A stretch of 64,000 nucleotides of DNA from an uncultured bacterium. GTDB lineage: Bacteria; Acidobacteriota; Aminicenantia; Aminicenantales; Saccharicenantaceae. The stretch lies in the NCBI GenBank assembly GCA_963743755.1, contig CAVUQU010000003.1, positions 382,408 to 446,407 on the forward strand, written 5' to 3'. Both the position numbers and the translations under genes were made by a program. The notes under the pieces are model-generated. The model was not told the origin of the DNA. It was given only the letters and a program-made list of their open reading frames with translations, and did no database searches. This document shows, piece by piece, positions 42,596 to 52,038 of the stretch (positions are counted from its first letter, which is position 1; each line of letters opens with the position of its first letter).

Positions 42596-43897
42596 ATCTC
42601 CTTGAAGACGTAGGCCGCGCCGCGCTCGGTGCCCTCCCCGTCGTGCCCCGTGGCCCCGGCGACGATGTATGAACCGGAGATGGCGATCGAGACCCCGAAG
42701 TGGTCCTCGTTCCGGCCGGCGCTCCCCCTCAGGCGCTGGGCTTCGCCCCAGCTGTCCGCGCCGCCCTCGTCCTTGGCGAAGGCGTAGACCTGCCCCCGCT
42801 CCGTCCCTCCGCCCCCGGCATAGGGAGCGCTGACAAGGACGTAATCCCCGTAGAGGGCCACGTCGAACGCGAAGAGGTCCTCGTCTTGGGAATCCGACGC
42901 GGTCAGGAACTTGATCTGACCCCAGGCGTCCGCGCCGTCCACATCCTTACCGAAAAGATAGGCCGCGCCGCGGTTGGTCCCGCCGCCGTCGGCCCAGGGC
43001 GCCCCGACGACGAGGCGGGCCCCGCCGGATCGCGACCGACGTGCCGAACCAGGAGTCGTCGGCCTCGTCGGAGGCGTTGATCCGCTTGACCATCCCCCAG
43101 GCGTTCGTGCCGCCGAGATCCCGCGCATAGACGCGGACCGCGCCGCGATTCTCCCCGGACCCGTTCTCTCCGGGGGCGCCGATGACGGCGATATCGCCCG
43201 AGAGGGCGACGCAGTAGCCGTATTGGTCGGTGTCGCCGGGATCGTCCGAGACGAGCTTGACCGCCTGGCCCCAGTAGTCCAGCCCGCCCTGGTCCTTGAG
43301 GAAGACGTAGGCCGCGCCTTCCTTGGTGGTGTCGCCGGCGACGCCCTCGGCGCCGACGATGACGGTGGTCCCGTCGATGGCGACCGAAGCGCCGAAATCG
43401 TCCGCGTTCGCCGCGTCGCTCGCCCTGAGCCGGGCGACCTGGCCCCAGGCATTGGCGCCGCCCTGGTTCTTGTGGAAGATGTACACCGAGCCCCGGTCGG
43501 TCCCGGCTCCGTCCTCGCTGGGGGCCGTGACGACGGCGTAGTCACCGTCGATGTCCACGGCGATCCCGAAGAGGTCGCCGGCGGCCGCGTCGGCCGCGAC
43601 GAGCTTGATCACTTCGCCCCAGCCGTCGGTCCCGCCCTCGGTCCTGGCGAAGAGATAGGCCGCTCCGGCGTTCGTGCCTTCCGTGTCGTCGCCGGGCGAG
43701 CCGACGAGGGCGAGATCGCCGTCGAGGGCGACTGCCATGCCGAAGTTATCGTAGTCGTTCCCTTCGATCGCCGTGAGCGTCTTGAGCGACTGGAAATTGT
43801 CCTCGACGTCGACGTCGTCGTCCTTGGCCTGACAGCCGGAGAGGAAGAGGCCGACGGAAACGACGAGGATCGCTGTCCCAAGCTTGGATATTTTCAT
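42592..43897 (-). CDS. FG-GAP repeat (beta-propeller) lipoprotein; frameshift near 43025
   Basis: Lipobox LSGC; repeated D.FG.AVAL.GD.A.VG.P.....GAAY.F units. Confidence 0.88.
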
Positions 43898-43991
43898 GAT
43901 CGGGCCTTTCATGGGCGCGCGGGCGCGGGACACTTAGGAATCTATAAACTACTTTTGCAGAATAACCGTTGCCTGTCAAACGGAGTCGGAC

Positions 43992-44885
43992 TCAGCGCAG
44001 GGCGACGGTCCGGTCGGGCTCGCGCCCGCTTCCGTCGACCAGGAGGCGGTCCTTCGTGAGGGTCACGACCCCCGCCGCGGATGTGTCCGCCGTCTCGACC
44101 ATGCCGGCGAACGTGAGGTAGACGATGCCGTTCCTCACGGCGAGTCCGCCGTCGTGGTTGTGCCCCGCGAAGTAGGCCTTGACGGAGAGATGGCTCTCGA
44201 GCCGGGCGACGACCTCCCCGTCGTTCCACAGGTTATGGGCGGCCGGAGGGTGGACCGGGAAGTGACAGAGAATGACGGCGGAAAGGCCTTTCCGGTCGGC
44301 CGTCGCCAGCTCGTCCTCGAGAAAGGCCATCTGGGCCCGCCCGATCCCGCCGTTCCACTTCGTCGCGTTCGGCCTCTTCGCCGCCAGGAGCCCGGCGTAC
44401 ATCGCGGCGGACTCCTGCCCGAGACCCGCGTCCTTGGGGGAATTGAAGCCCAGCTCGTCGCCGTTCAGGACGACGAAGCGCCAATTCTCTTCGGTGAAGG
44501 CGTAATAGCCCGGACCGATGCCGAGGCGTTCGAGGAGTCCGGGGCGGTCGGCCTCGGCGATGTCGTAGTCGTGGTTGCCGAGGACGAACCGGACCGGCGC
44601 CCGCGAGTGCCGGAAGACCGGCAGGATGAGGTCGTAGCTCGCCGCGTCCCGGTCGATGAGGTCCCCCAGGTGGACGACGAAACGGAGGTCCCTGACGTTG
44701 AATCCGTCCAGGGCGTCCCGAAGCTTGAGCCAGGAGCGGTCGTAGAACCGGGTCCCCGATGCCGGGACGGGCGCGAACTGGCAATCGGAGAGGACGCCGA
44801 ACGTCACGGCTTCGGGGGCGCGGCAGCCGCCGGCGGCGAGTGCCGCGAGAAGGACCGGAACGGCCAGGAACGGGGACTTGGACAC
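43992..44885 (-). CDS. Metallophosphoesterase (Mn-dependent ADP-ribose/CDP-alcohol diphosphatase-like), lipoprotein
   Basis: SDCQF, HLGDLID, VLGNHD, HFP, AGHNH motifs; lipobox-like AGGC. Confidence 0.85.
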   Translation of the reverse strand: MSKSPFLAVPVLLAALAAGGCRAPEAVTFGVLSDCQFAPVPASGTRFYDRSWLKLRDALDGFNVRDLRFVVHLGDLIDRDAASYDLILPVFRHSRAPVRFVLGNHDYDIAEADRPGLLERLGIGPGYYAFTEENWRFVVLNGDELGFNSPKDAGLGQESAAMYAGLLAAKRPNATKWNGGIGRAQMAFLEDELATADRKGLSAVILCHFPVHPPAAHNLWNDGEVVARLESHLSVKAYFAGHNHDGGLAVRNGIVYLTFAGMVETADTSAAGVVTLTKDRLLVDGSGREPDRTVALR

Positions 44886-44890
44886 GGGTC

Positions 44891-45293
44891 CTACTTCACC
44901 CCGCAGCGGCGGGCGAAGTCCTCGAGCTGGCCCTGGGTCAGGCCGCGGTGATAGATCCCGTCCAGGCGCCGGACGAGTTCCCCTTTCTCGAAGAAGAGGA
45001 CCGTCGGGAAAACCTGAATGGAGTATTTCTCGGTCAGGGTGGTCGTCGTCGACGATGATCCGGGCATAGCAGGGATCGCCGGTGCCGGCGTGCTTGCGGT
45101 AAGTCGAGAGGAAAGCCTGCGAGAACGGGCACCAGGAGGCATAGAACAGGACCATGAACTTCTCCCGGGAGGCGATGGCCGCGTCGAGCTCCGCGTCGCT
45201 CTGGAGCAGGACGCAGGCATCGTCCGCGCCCGATGCGGCGGGGGTGCCGGACGGGGGTGAGAAGAGAGACTTGAGGGCGTTCCGCAAGGCCAT
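44891..45293 (-). CDS. Thioredoxin-family protein (CxxS variant); frameshift near 45040
   Basis: VLFYASWCPFS; continuation EKYSIQVFPTVLFFEKGELVRRLDG in the adjacent frame. Confidence 0.8.
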
Positions 45294-45373
45294 GCCTTCC
45301 TCCTCGGCCGGAATGAGAGGATCCGGCCTATTCCGGCGTCCATATTATCAGGAATGGGTTGACCGGCCAAGTC

Positions 45374-45616
45374 ATGCCGACAATATTGAGAGAACAAGGC
45401 TACAGGTTCTTCTTTTTCAACAATGAAGGAGACGAGCCTGCCCACGTACACGTGGAATCCGGACGTGGGTATGCGAAAGATTCGGCGCGATCCGGTTCGG
45501 GCACGTCCGCCCATTCAATCGGTTATAAGAGAAGTGAACTATCCTTCCTCCGGGATCTGGTGAACGAGAACGTCGGGCCATTCAAGGAAAAATGGGATGC
45601 GTACTTCGACGGCTAA
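45374..45616 (+). CDS. DUF4160 family protein
   Basis: MPTILREQGYRFFFFNNEGDEPAHVHV...KWDAYF. Confidence 0.85.
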   Translation: MPTILREQGYRFFFFNNEGDEPAHVHVESGRGYAKDSARSGSGTSAHSIGYKRSELSFLRDLVNENVGPFKEKWDAYFDG

Positions 45617-45836
45617 AGAAGAACATATCACGGCTCGGGGAGTTCGGTTCGACCGTGACATGATGCATGTCCAGCTGGAAGATGGGCGGATCGTCGGCGT
45701 GCCCTTGCATTGGTTCCCCCGGCTCCAGAAGGCCACCCTGGCGGAAAGGGAGAACTGGCGGTTGATCGGAAATGGGATCGGAATCGATTGGCCGGATCTC
45801 GATGAAGACGTTTCTGTGCCCGCCCTGCTTAAATAG
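45597..45836 (+). CDS. DUF2442 family protein
   Basis: LEDGRIVGVPLHWFPRLQKAT...GIGIDWPDLDEDVSVPALL; overlaps the DUF4160 gene. Confidence 0.88.
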   Translation: MRTSTAKEEHITARGVRFDRDMMHVQLEDGRIVGVPLHWFPRLQKATLAERENWRLIGNGIGIDWPDLDEDVSVPALLK

Positions 45837-45850
45837 AGGGCCGGACCGGC

Positions 45851-46531
45851 CTATTTCAACTTACCTTGTAGCTTCAATTCGTCGAAGGCCCCGGTGTCGT
45901 CGAACGAGCCGACGCCGACGAGGCCGTGCCCGATCCGTTTATCGCGCGCGGTCAGGACGGGAGAGGTCATGTCGTCGAGGTAAGCCCGGATATCGCCGGT
46001 CCGGGCGTCGCAGGTCACTTTGAAGGCGTGCCAGGCGCGGTCCGTCAGGCGGAAAATCGACGCGCCCGCGGGTTCGGCGTTGATCTTGACCCGGTCGGCC
46101 CCGTCGACGATCCCGATGATGTTGTGGACGGCGTCGCTCGAACCCGCGAAATGGACGTAATAGAAATGAGCCGGGTCGCGGTAATGGAAGATGATACACA
46201 TGTCCCTGACCGGAGAAGCGGTATCGGCGTCGCAGCGCAGCCGGCCGGTGAATTCGAAGGACGAGGCGTCGTGCCCGGTCCAGACGGAGACGGAGGCCGG
46301 CGCCCGGACCGGCCCAGGCTCGCCCGGCGCGATGAGCTCGTAGATCATGGAGCCCCCGTCCTCGACGATGCGCCAATGCGCCGGGTCGTTCGGCGCCCAG
46401 CCGTCGGCCTGGCCCGATTCGAAATCCGAAGTCATGAGAAGCGGCAGGCCGGGCGCGGCCGGACGGCACCCGAAGGAGAACAAGGCGGCCGCCAGAATCA
46501 GCGGGCCGGCGAGAAAGGATTTCCTCAACAC
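45851..46531 (-). CDS. Hypothetical lipoprotein, concanavalin/DUF1080-like beta-sandwich
   Basis: Lipobox FGC; FHYRDPAHFYYVHF, GLVGVGSFDD. Confidence 0.55.
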   Translation of the reverse strand: MLRKSFLAGPLILAAALFSFGCRPAAPGLPLLMTSDFESGQADGWAPNDPAHWRIVEDGGSMIYELIAPGEPGPVRAPASVSVWTGHDASSFEFTGRLRCDADTASPVRDMCIIFHYRDPAHFYYVHFAGSSDAVHNIIGIVDGADRVKINAEPAGASIFRLTDRAWHAFKVTCDARTGDIRAYLDDMTSPVLTARDKRIGHGLVGVGSFDDTGAFDELKLQGKLK

Positions 46532-47538
46532 CCCTCCCCGTCCCGGTAGCCCGGACGCATCCAGGGCAGGGCGGCGCCGGCGTAGAAAGGCTCGAGCTTG
46601 ACCGCGAGCCTGGTCATCTCGTCCCGGGTGAGGGGCTTGAAATCCCGGAGCAGGGCGGCGTTCTTGCGCACGACCTCGACGCTGTCCGACCCGACGACGG
46701 CGGAGTGGACGAGCGGCAGGGTCAGGGCATAACGGATGAGATCGGCCGGGTCGAGGCCCGCGACCGTCTCGCGGGGCCGGACGGCCTTAATGATCATGAC
46801 GCCCATCTTCCGGGCGGCGGCGGCGGGGATGGCCCCGTTCTCGAAATCCCCACTCCGCTCAGAATAGTGGTTGAGGGCGATGAGCATGGTATCGAAGTCG
46901 TGGCGGCGGGCTGCTTCGGCCATGGCCGCGGCGTCGACGTGACCGGAGAAACCGATGAACCGGGCGATCTTCTGGTCCTTGATCTTGCGCAGGGCGTCGA
47001 GGGCCCCGTAGGGAAGACCGAGTGTATCCAGGTCGGCCATCGACTCGATGAGGTGGACCTGGTAGAGGTCGAGGCGGTCGGTCCTGAGGCGCTTCAGGCT
47101 CCCCTCGAGCTGGCGCATGACGCCGTCGTAGGTCCTCTCTTCGAATTTCGTGGCCAGAAAGACCTCCTTGCGGCGGGTCTCGAGGACCCGGCCCAATCGC
47201 TCCTCGCTGACGATGGACTTGTTAGTGTAGTTGTAGGCGGTGTCCCAATAATAGAAGCCGTGGTCGAGCGCGGCATTAAGGATGGCTTGGGCGGAATCCT
47301 CGTTCTCGACGGCACAGAAGCGGCTTCCGAGGCCTATGCCGATGCGGGGGACGGAGACGCCCGTCTTGCCGAGAACAGCGGTCGGCAGGCCCTTGGCGTC
47401 GTAGGCCGGGGCGGCGACGGGAACACCCTCGCCGGAGAGCGCCCCGCCCTTAAGGGCGGAGGTCCCGAGGGGCACGGCCGCCGCTGCCGCGGCCATCGTC
47501 TTCAGGAACTCCCGGCGGCGGATATTCGTTCGGCTCAT
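46525..47538 (-). CDS. Aldo/keto reductase with Tat signal peptide
   Basis: RRREFLK Tat motif; LGKTGVSV, DTAYNY, SEERLG, FLATK, SLKRLRTDRLDLYQVH. Confidence 0.9.
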   Translation of the reverse strand: MSRTNIRRREFLKTMAAAAAAVPLGTSALKGGALSGEGVPVAAPAYDAKGLPTAVLGKTGVSVPRIGIGLGSRFCAVENEDSAQAILNAALDHGFYYWDTAYNYTNKSIVSEERLGRVLETRRKEVFLATKFEERTYDGVMRQLEGSLKRLRTDRLDLYQVHLIESMADLDTLGLPYGALDALRKIKDQKIARFIGFSGHVDAAAMAEAARRHDFDTMLIALNHYSERSGDFENGAIPAAAARKMGVMIIKAVRPRETVAGLDPADLIRYALTLPLVHSAVVGSDSVEVVRKNAALLRDFKPLTRDEMTRLAVKLEPFYAGAALPWMRPGYRDGEGC

Positions 47539-47689
47539 GGCTCTACCCTCTCTGGTCTCTTAATGCTATATTATTCCCATTTCGAGGGAAAAAAGAAAGG
47601 ACCAGGTCTTCGCAAACGCCAATTTTCCCCGAGAGATGCGAAGACCAGGTACCGGGCCCCGATCTTCGTCGGGTGAAAGAGCGAACAGC

Positions 47690-48583
47690 ATGTCCGATAG
47701 GATCAAATGCGCGATCGCGGTAATGGCGGCTCTCGTCCTCGCTGGATCGGCGGCCGCCTGCGGAGGTGATCCCATGAGCGTCAAGATCGAGAGAAGGACG
47801 TGCCGCGCGGCCGATGGTGTCGAGCTCGTCTACTCGGTCGCCGGGACCGGCGAGCCGGCCCTGGTCTTCGTCCACGGCGGCTTGGCCAACCGGGGCTTCT
47901 GGGACGGCCAACTGAAGGAGTTCGCGGCCAAGCACAAGACGATCGCGCTCGATCTCCCGGGCCACGGCGAGTCGGGCTCCGACAGGACCCAATGGGGCCT
48001 GCCTGAGTTCGGCGCGGACGTCAAGGCCGTGATCGACGCCGAAAGGCCGGACACGGTCATCCTCTTCGGCAACTCCCTCGGCGGTCCGGTGATCATCGAA
48101 GCGGCCCTGCTCCTCGGGGACCGGGTCCTCGGAGTGGTCGGCGTCGATACCTTCCAGCTCCTCGACATGGTTGTGGCGCCCGAAGAGGTCCGTGAGCGGG
48201 CCGAACTCTTCGAGAAAGACTACGCCGGCGCCCTCAAGTCCATGGTCTCCATGCTCTTCCACAAGGACGCCGATCCGGCCGTCATGGCCGATGCCGAGAA
48301 GCGCATGGCCGGGACCCCGCCGGCCGCGGCCAAAGCCATGTTCCTGGGCATGGCCGGCTACGTTCAGGGCGCTTCGGCCCGCCGCCTGACCGTCCCGCTG
48401 CGGACGATCAACGGCGACCTCTACCCGATCGACATCGAGGCCAACCGCAAGGTCAAACCGGATTTCGAGGCCGTCGTCATGAAGCACATGGGCCACTACC
48501 CCATGCTCGAGCGGCCCGCGGAATTTAACCGGCTGGTCGCCGAGATGGTCGCCGCCCTGATCAGGCGAGTGCCGAAGCGATAG
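47690..48583 (+). CDS. Alpha/beta hydrolase
   Basis: VFVHGG, LDLPGHGES, GNSLGG nucleophile elbow, GHYPMLERP. Confidence 0.9.
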   Translation: MSDRIKCAIAVMAALVLAGSAAACGGDPMSVKIERRTCRAADGVELVYSVAGTGEPALVFVHGGLANRGFWDGQLKEFAAKHKTIALDLPGHGESGSDRTQWGLPEFGADVKAVIDAERPDTVILFGNSLGGPVIIEAALLLGDRVLGVVGVDTFQLLDMVVAPEEVRERAELFEKDYAGALKSMVSMLFHKDADPAVMADAEKRMAGTPPAAAKAMFLGMAGYVQGASARRLTVPLRTINGDLYPIDIEANRKVKPDFEAVVMKHMGHYPMLERPAEFNRLVAEMVAALIRRVPKR

Positions 48584-49260
48584 CCGCCTTCACCCGCTCC
48601 ATCAGCGCTGGCATGGCGTCGGCGGGGCAGCCCGCGACAACGATGGGTTCGTGGAAGACGATCCGGACGGTCCCCTTCCGGATCGTGACGGCTCCCGCGC
48701 GGCATCAGCTCGTAGGTCCCCCGGATCGACACCGGGACGATGGGCGCCCCGGAATCGAGGGCCAGGAAGAAGCCGCCCCGCCGGAATCGCAGCAGCTTCC
48801 CCTCCCAGCTCCGCGTCCCCTCGGGATAGACGAGGAACGAGTAGCTCTTCTCCTGGATGAGCCGGCTGGCCCGGGCGATCCGCTTCCGCCCCTCGCCGAC
48901 GCCCTCCTTGTCCAGGGGCACATAACCGGAGAAGCGCATGCCCAGGCCGAGGACGGGGATGCGGAAGACGAACCGCTTGACGATGAACCGGACCGGCCGG
49001 TCGACGACCGTGACGAACATCGGCGCGTCGAGGAAGCTCAGGTGGTTGCACATGAAAACGTAAGGAGTGCGCCGGTCCAGATGTTCGAGGCCGGTGGCTT
49101 CGACGCGGATGCCGAGAACGGACCGGGCCACGCGCATCATCCAACGGCCATACACGAGGAATCCGTCCCGCAGCCCGAGCAGGGCGCAGACAAGAATAAC
49201 GGGGATCGCGAGGATCGTCAGGACCGTCAGGACGAAGCCGGCGGCGATATTACGCATCAT
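48561..49260 (-). CDS. plsC: Lysophospholipid acyltransferase (PlsC family); frameshift near 48690
   Basis: NHLSFLD (NHxxxxD), YPEGTRS, FRRGGF, PIVPVSI. Confidence 0.88.
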
Positions 49261-49303
49261 GCGGACAGATGATAGCTTTTTTCGAGGAGGGATGAAAGAA
49301 AAA

Positions 49304-49376
49304 TGACCCGCGTAGGACTCGAACCTACAACCCGCAGATTAAGAGTCTGCTGCTCTACCAATTGAGCTAGCGGGCC
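49304..49376 (-). tRNA. tRNA-Lys (anticodon CTT), CCA not encoded
   Basis: GGCCCGCTAGCTCAATTGGTAGAGCAGCAGACTCTTAATCTGCGGGTTGTAGGTTCGAGTCCTACGCGGGTCA folds as a cloverleaf; upstream TTGACA-N17-TAGACT promoter. Confidence 0.96.
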
Positions 49377-49440
49377 GAAAAAATCCCCTCTAGTCTAGAC
49401 GAGTCGGGGTCCCTTGTCAAACACCGCGCGCGGCTCGGCG

Positions 49441-51603
49441 TCACTCCTTGATGCCGGCCAGATCGAGCATGAACGCGTACTCCATGGCCGTCTGTTTGAG
49501 GCCGCGGAACCGGCCGCTCACGCCGCCGTGCCCGGCTTCCATGTTCGTCCAGAGCAGGAGCGGGTTCTTGTCCGTCTTCATCGCCCGGAGCTTGGCCACC
49601 CACTTGGCCGGCTCGAAGTACTGGACCTGGGAGTCCTGCCAGCCGGTCGTCACGAGCATGGCCGGGTAAGCCTTGGCCTCGACCTGGTCGTAGGGCGAAT
49701 ACGTGAGCATGTAGTCGTAGTGCTCTTTGACCGCGGGATTCCCCCACTCGTCGAACTCGCCCGCCGTCAACGGGATCGACGTGTCGAGCATGGTCGTGAT
49801 GACGTCGACGAAGGGCACGCCGACGAGGGCGCCCTTGAACAGATCCGGCCTCATGTTGACGACAGCGCCCATGAGCAGCCCCCCGGCGCTCGCGCCCTCG
49901 GCGAAGAGCCGGGCCGGCGCCGTGCAATTCTGGGCCACGAGATACTCGGCGCAGTCGATGAAATCGGTGAAGGTGTTCTTCTTTTTAAGGAGCTTCCCGT
50001 CCTCGTACCAGGCCCGGCCCAGCTCCTGGCCGCCGCGAATGTGGGCGATGGCGTAGACGAAACCCCGGTCGAGGAGGCTCAGCCGGTTCGAGTCGAAGTA
50101 GGCGTCCATGCTCGCACCGTAAGACCCGTAACCGTAGAGCAGGCAGGGCGCTTTCCCGTCCTTGACGAACCCCTTCCTGTAAACGAGCGAGACCGGGACC
50201 TCGGCACCGTCGCGGGCCGGGGCATAGAGCCGCTCCGCCTGATAGTTCGCCCGGTCGAAGCCGCCCAGGACCTCCTCCTGCTTCATGAGCTTCTTCTCCC
50301 GGGTGACCATGTTGTAGTCGAACGTGGACATGGGCGTCGTCAGGGACGTGTAGGCGTAACGGACCCAATCGGTGTCGAACTCGCGGTTGGTCGAGGTCCA
50401 GGCGCTGTACGTCGCCTCCCCGAAATCGAGATCGTGCGCGGCGCTCTTGTCCCAGGGCATGATCCGGATCTGGAGCAGGCCTTTCCGGCGCTCCTCGAGG
50501 ACCAGAGCCCCCTTGAAGAGCTCGAAGCCTTCGAGATAGACATCGTCCCGGTGCGGGACGAGCTCGACCCAATCCGCTTTCCCCGTCCTGTCCAGGGACG
50601 CCGTCATCAGCCGGAAGTTCTTGGCCCCCATGTTGGTGCGGACGTAGAACTTGTCCCCATAATGGTCGACGCCGTATTCGAGGTCTCGCTGGCGCGGCTC
50701 GAAGATCTTGAACTCGGCCGTGGGCTTGTCCGCCGGAATGAAACGGTATTCGTTCGACAGCGTGTGAGAGGACGCGATGAAGATGAACCTCTTGGACTTC
50801 GTCGTATAGGCCTCGACGGTGAAGGTCTCGTCCGCTTCGTGGAAGATGAGGACGTCGGTCTCGGCAGGCGTCCCCAGGACATGCCGGAAGATCTTCTGGG
50901 GCCGGAGAGTCGTTTCGTCGATCTGGGTGTAGAAGACCGTCTTGTTGTCGCCGGCCCAGGCCGCGGCGCCGGTCGTGTTGACGATCTCGTCGGGCAGCGT
51001 TTCGCCCGTCGCCAGGTTCTTGAAACGGAGGCTATACTTCCTCCGGCTGACGGTGTCGACGCCGTAGGAGAGCATCCTGTTGTCGGGGCTGACCTCGAGC
51101 CCGCCGACGGAATAGTAGCCGTGCCCCTGGGCCATCTCGTTGACGTTGAGGAGGACCTCTTCGGCGCCCTCGAGGCTGCCCTTTTTCCGGCAGTAGACCG
51201 GGTAGTCCTTGCCCTCCTCGTAGCGGGCGTAATAGTAGTAACCGTTCTCGCGGTACGGCACGGAGAGGTCGGTCTGCTTGATCCGGCCGACGAACTCCCC
51301 GTAGAGCTTCTGCTCGAGGGGCTCGAGGGGCTTCAGGACGGCCCGGGTGTAGGCGTTCTCGGCCTCGAGGTACTTGAGGACCTTGGGGTTTTCGCGCTCG
51401 TTGAGCCAATAGTAGTTGTCGACGCGCGTGTGACCGTGGAGGGTCAAATCCTTGGGGAGGACCTCAGCCTTGGGCGCCTCGAGGCCGGCCGTCTGCACGG
51501 CGGACGGCTTGCAAGCCGCGGCCGAAAGCAGGAACGCGGCGGCCAGGCCGCAGGCGAGGACGAGAGCGGGAAGCGACCGGGAGCGTCTGGGGAAGATCGT
51601 CAT
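49441..51603 (-). CDS. ptrB: Oligopeptidase B (S9A family)
   Basis: DNYYWL, LYGYGSYG, HIRGGQELG, GASAGGLL, VPFVDV, DSQVQYFEPAKW, AGHGG. Confidence 0.95.
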   Translation of the reverse strand: MTIFPRRSRSLPALVLACGLAAAFLLSAAACKPSAVQTAGLEAPKAEVLPKDLTLHGHTRVDNYYWLNERENPKVLKYLEAENAYTRAVLKPLEPLEQKLYGEFVGRIKQTDLSVPYRENGYYYYARYEEGKDYPVYCRKKGSLEGAEEVLLNVNEMAQGHGYYSVGGLEVSPDNRMLSYGVDTVSRRKYSLRFKNLATGETLPDEIVNTTGAAAWAGDNKTVFYTQIDETTLRPQKIFRHVLGTPAETDVLIFHEADETFTVEAYTTKSKRFIFIASSHTLSNEYRFIPADKPTAEFKIFEPRQRDLEYGVDHYGDKFYVRTNMGAKNFRLMTASLDRTGKADWVELVPHRDDVYLEGFELFKGALVLEERRKGLLQIRIMPWDKSAAHDLDFGEATYSAWTSTNREFDTDWVRYAYTSLTTPMSTFDYNMVTREKKLMKQEEVLGGFDRANYQAERLYAPARDGAEVPVSLVYRKGFVKDGKAPCLLYGYGSYGASMDAYFDSNRLSLLDRGFVYAIAHIRGGQELGRAWYEDGKLLKKKNTFTDFIDCAEYLVAQNCTAPARLFAEGASAGGLLMGAVVNMRPDLFKGALVGVPFVDVITTMLDTSIPLTAGEFDEWGNPAVKEHYDYMLTYSPYDQVEAKAYPAMLVTTGWQDSQVQYFEPAKWVAKLRAMKTDKNPLLLWTNMEAGHGGVSGRFRGLKQTAMEYAFMLDLAGIKE

Positions 51604-51720
51604 GGCGGGTGTACCCTCCTCGAGGAAATGCCAACATGAAAAAGAACCCTAACACCGGCCTTGGCCGAAGTCAATGTCCCGACGGTGTTCAGCGGGCCGG
51701 TTTTAGGTTAACATCGGAGC

Positions 51721-52038
51721 ATGACGGACGAGCCCCGCGATCCCCCCGACCTCCCCGACGATCCCGTCGAGCTCGTCATCGACGGCGTCCTCGACCTTCA
51801 CACCTTCAGCCCGAAGGATGTCAAAGACCTCGTCCCCGAGTACATCGGCGAGTGCCTAAGCCGGGGAATCACGGACCTCCGGATCATCCACGGCAAGGGC
51901 ACCGGTGCGCTCAAAGCCATCGTCCACTCGCTGCTCGGCCAGGACCCGCGCGTCGCGTCGTTCAGGGATGCCGGGATCGGTGCGGGCGGCTGGGGGGCGA
52001 CCGAGGTCAGCCTGAAGGTCAATATCCGCCGATCTTGA
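51721..52038 (+). CDS. Stand-alone Smr/MutS2 domain protein
   Basis: LDLHTF, IIHGKGTGAL, GGWGAT. Confidence 0.9.
   Translation: MTDEPRDPPDLPDDPVELVIDGVLDLHTFSPKDVKDLVPEYIGECLSRGITDLRIIHGKGTGALKAIVHSLLGQDPRVASFRDAGIGAGGWGATEVSLKVNIRRS

Noticed and set aside
42592-43897. Periodic repeats suggestive of an array or CRISPR
   Set aside because: They are degenerate protein-level FG-GAP repeats inside a CDS; no identical repeat-spacer structure or cas genes are in the window
49304-49440. tRNA-Lys as an integration site of a genomic island
   Set aside because: No integrase and no duplicated tRNA 3' end seen nearby
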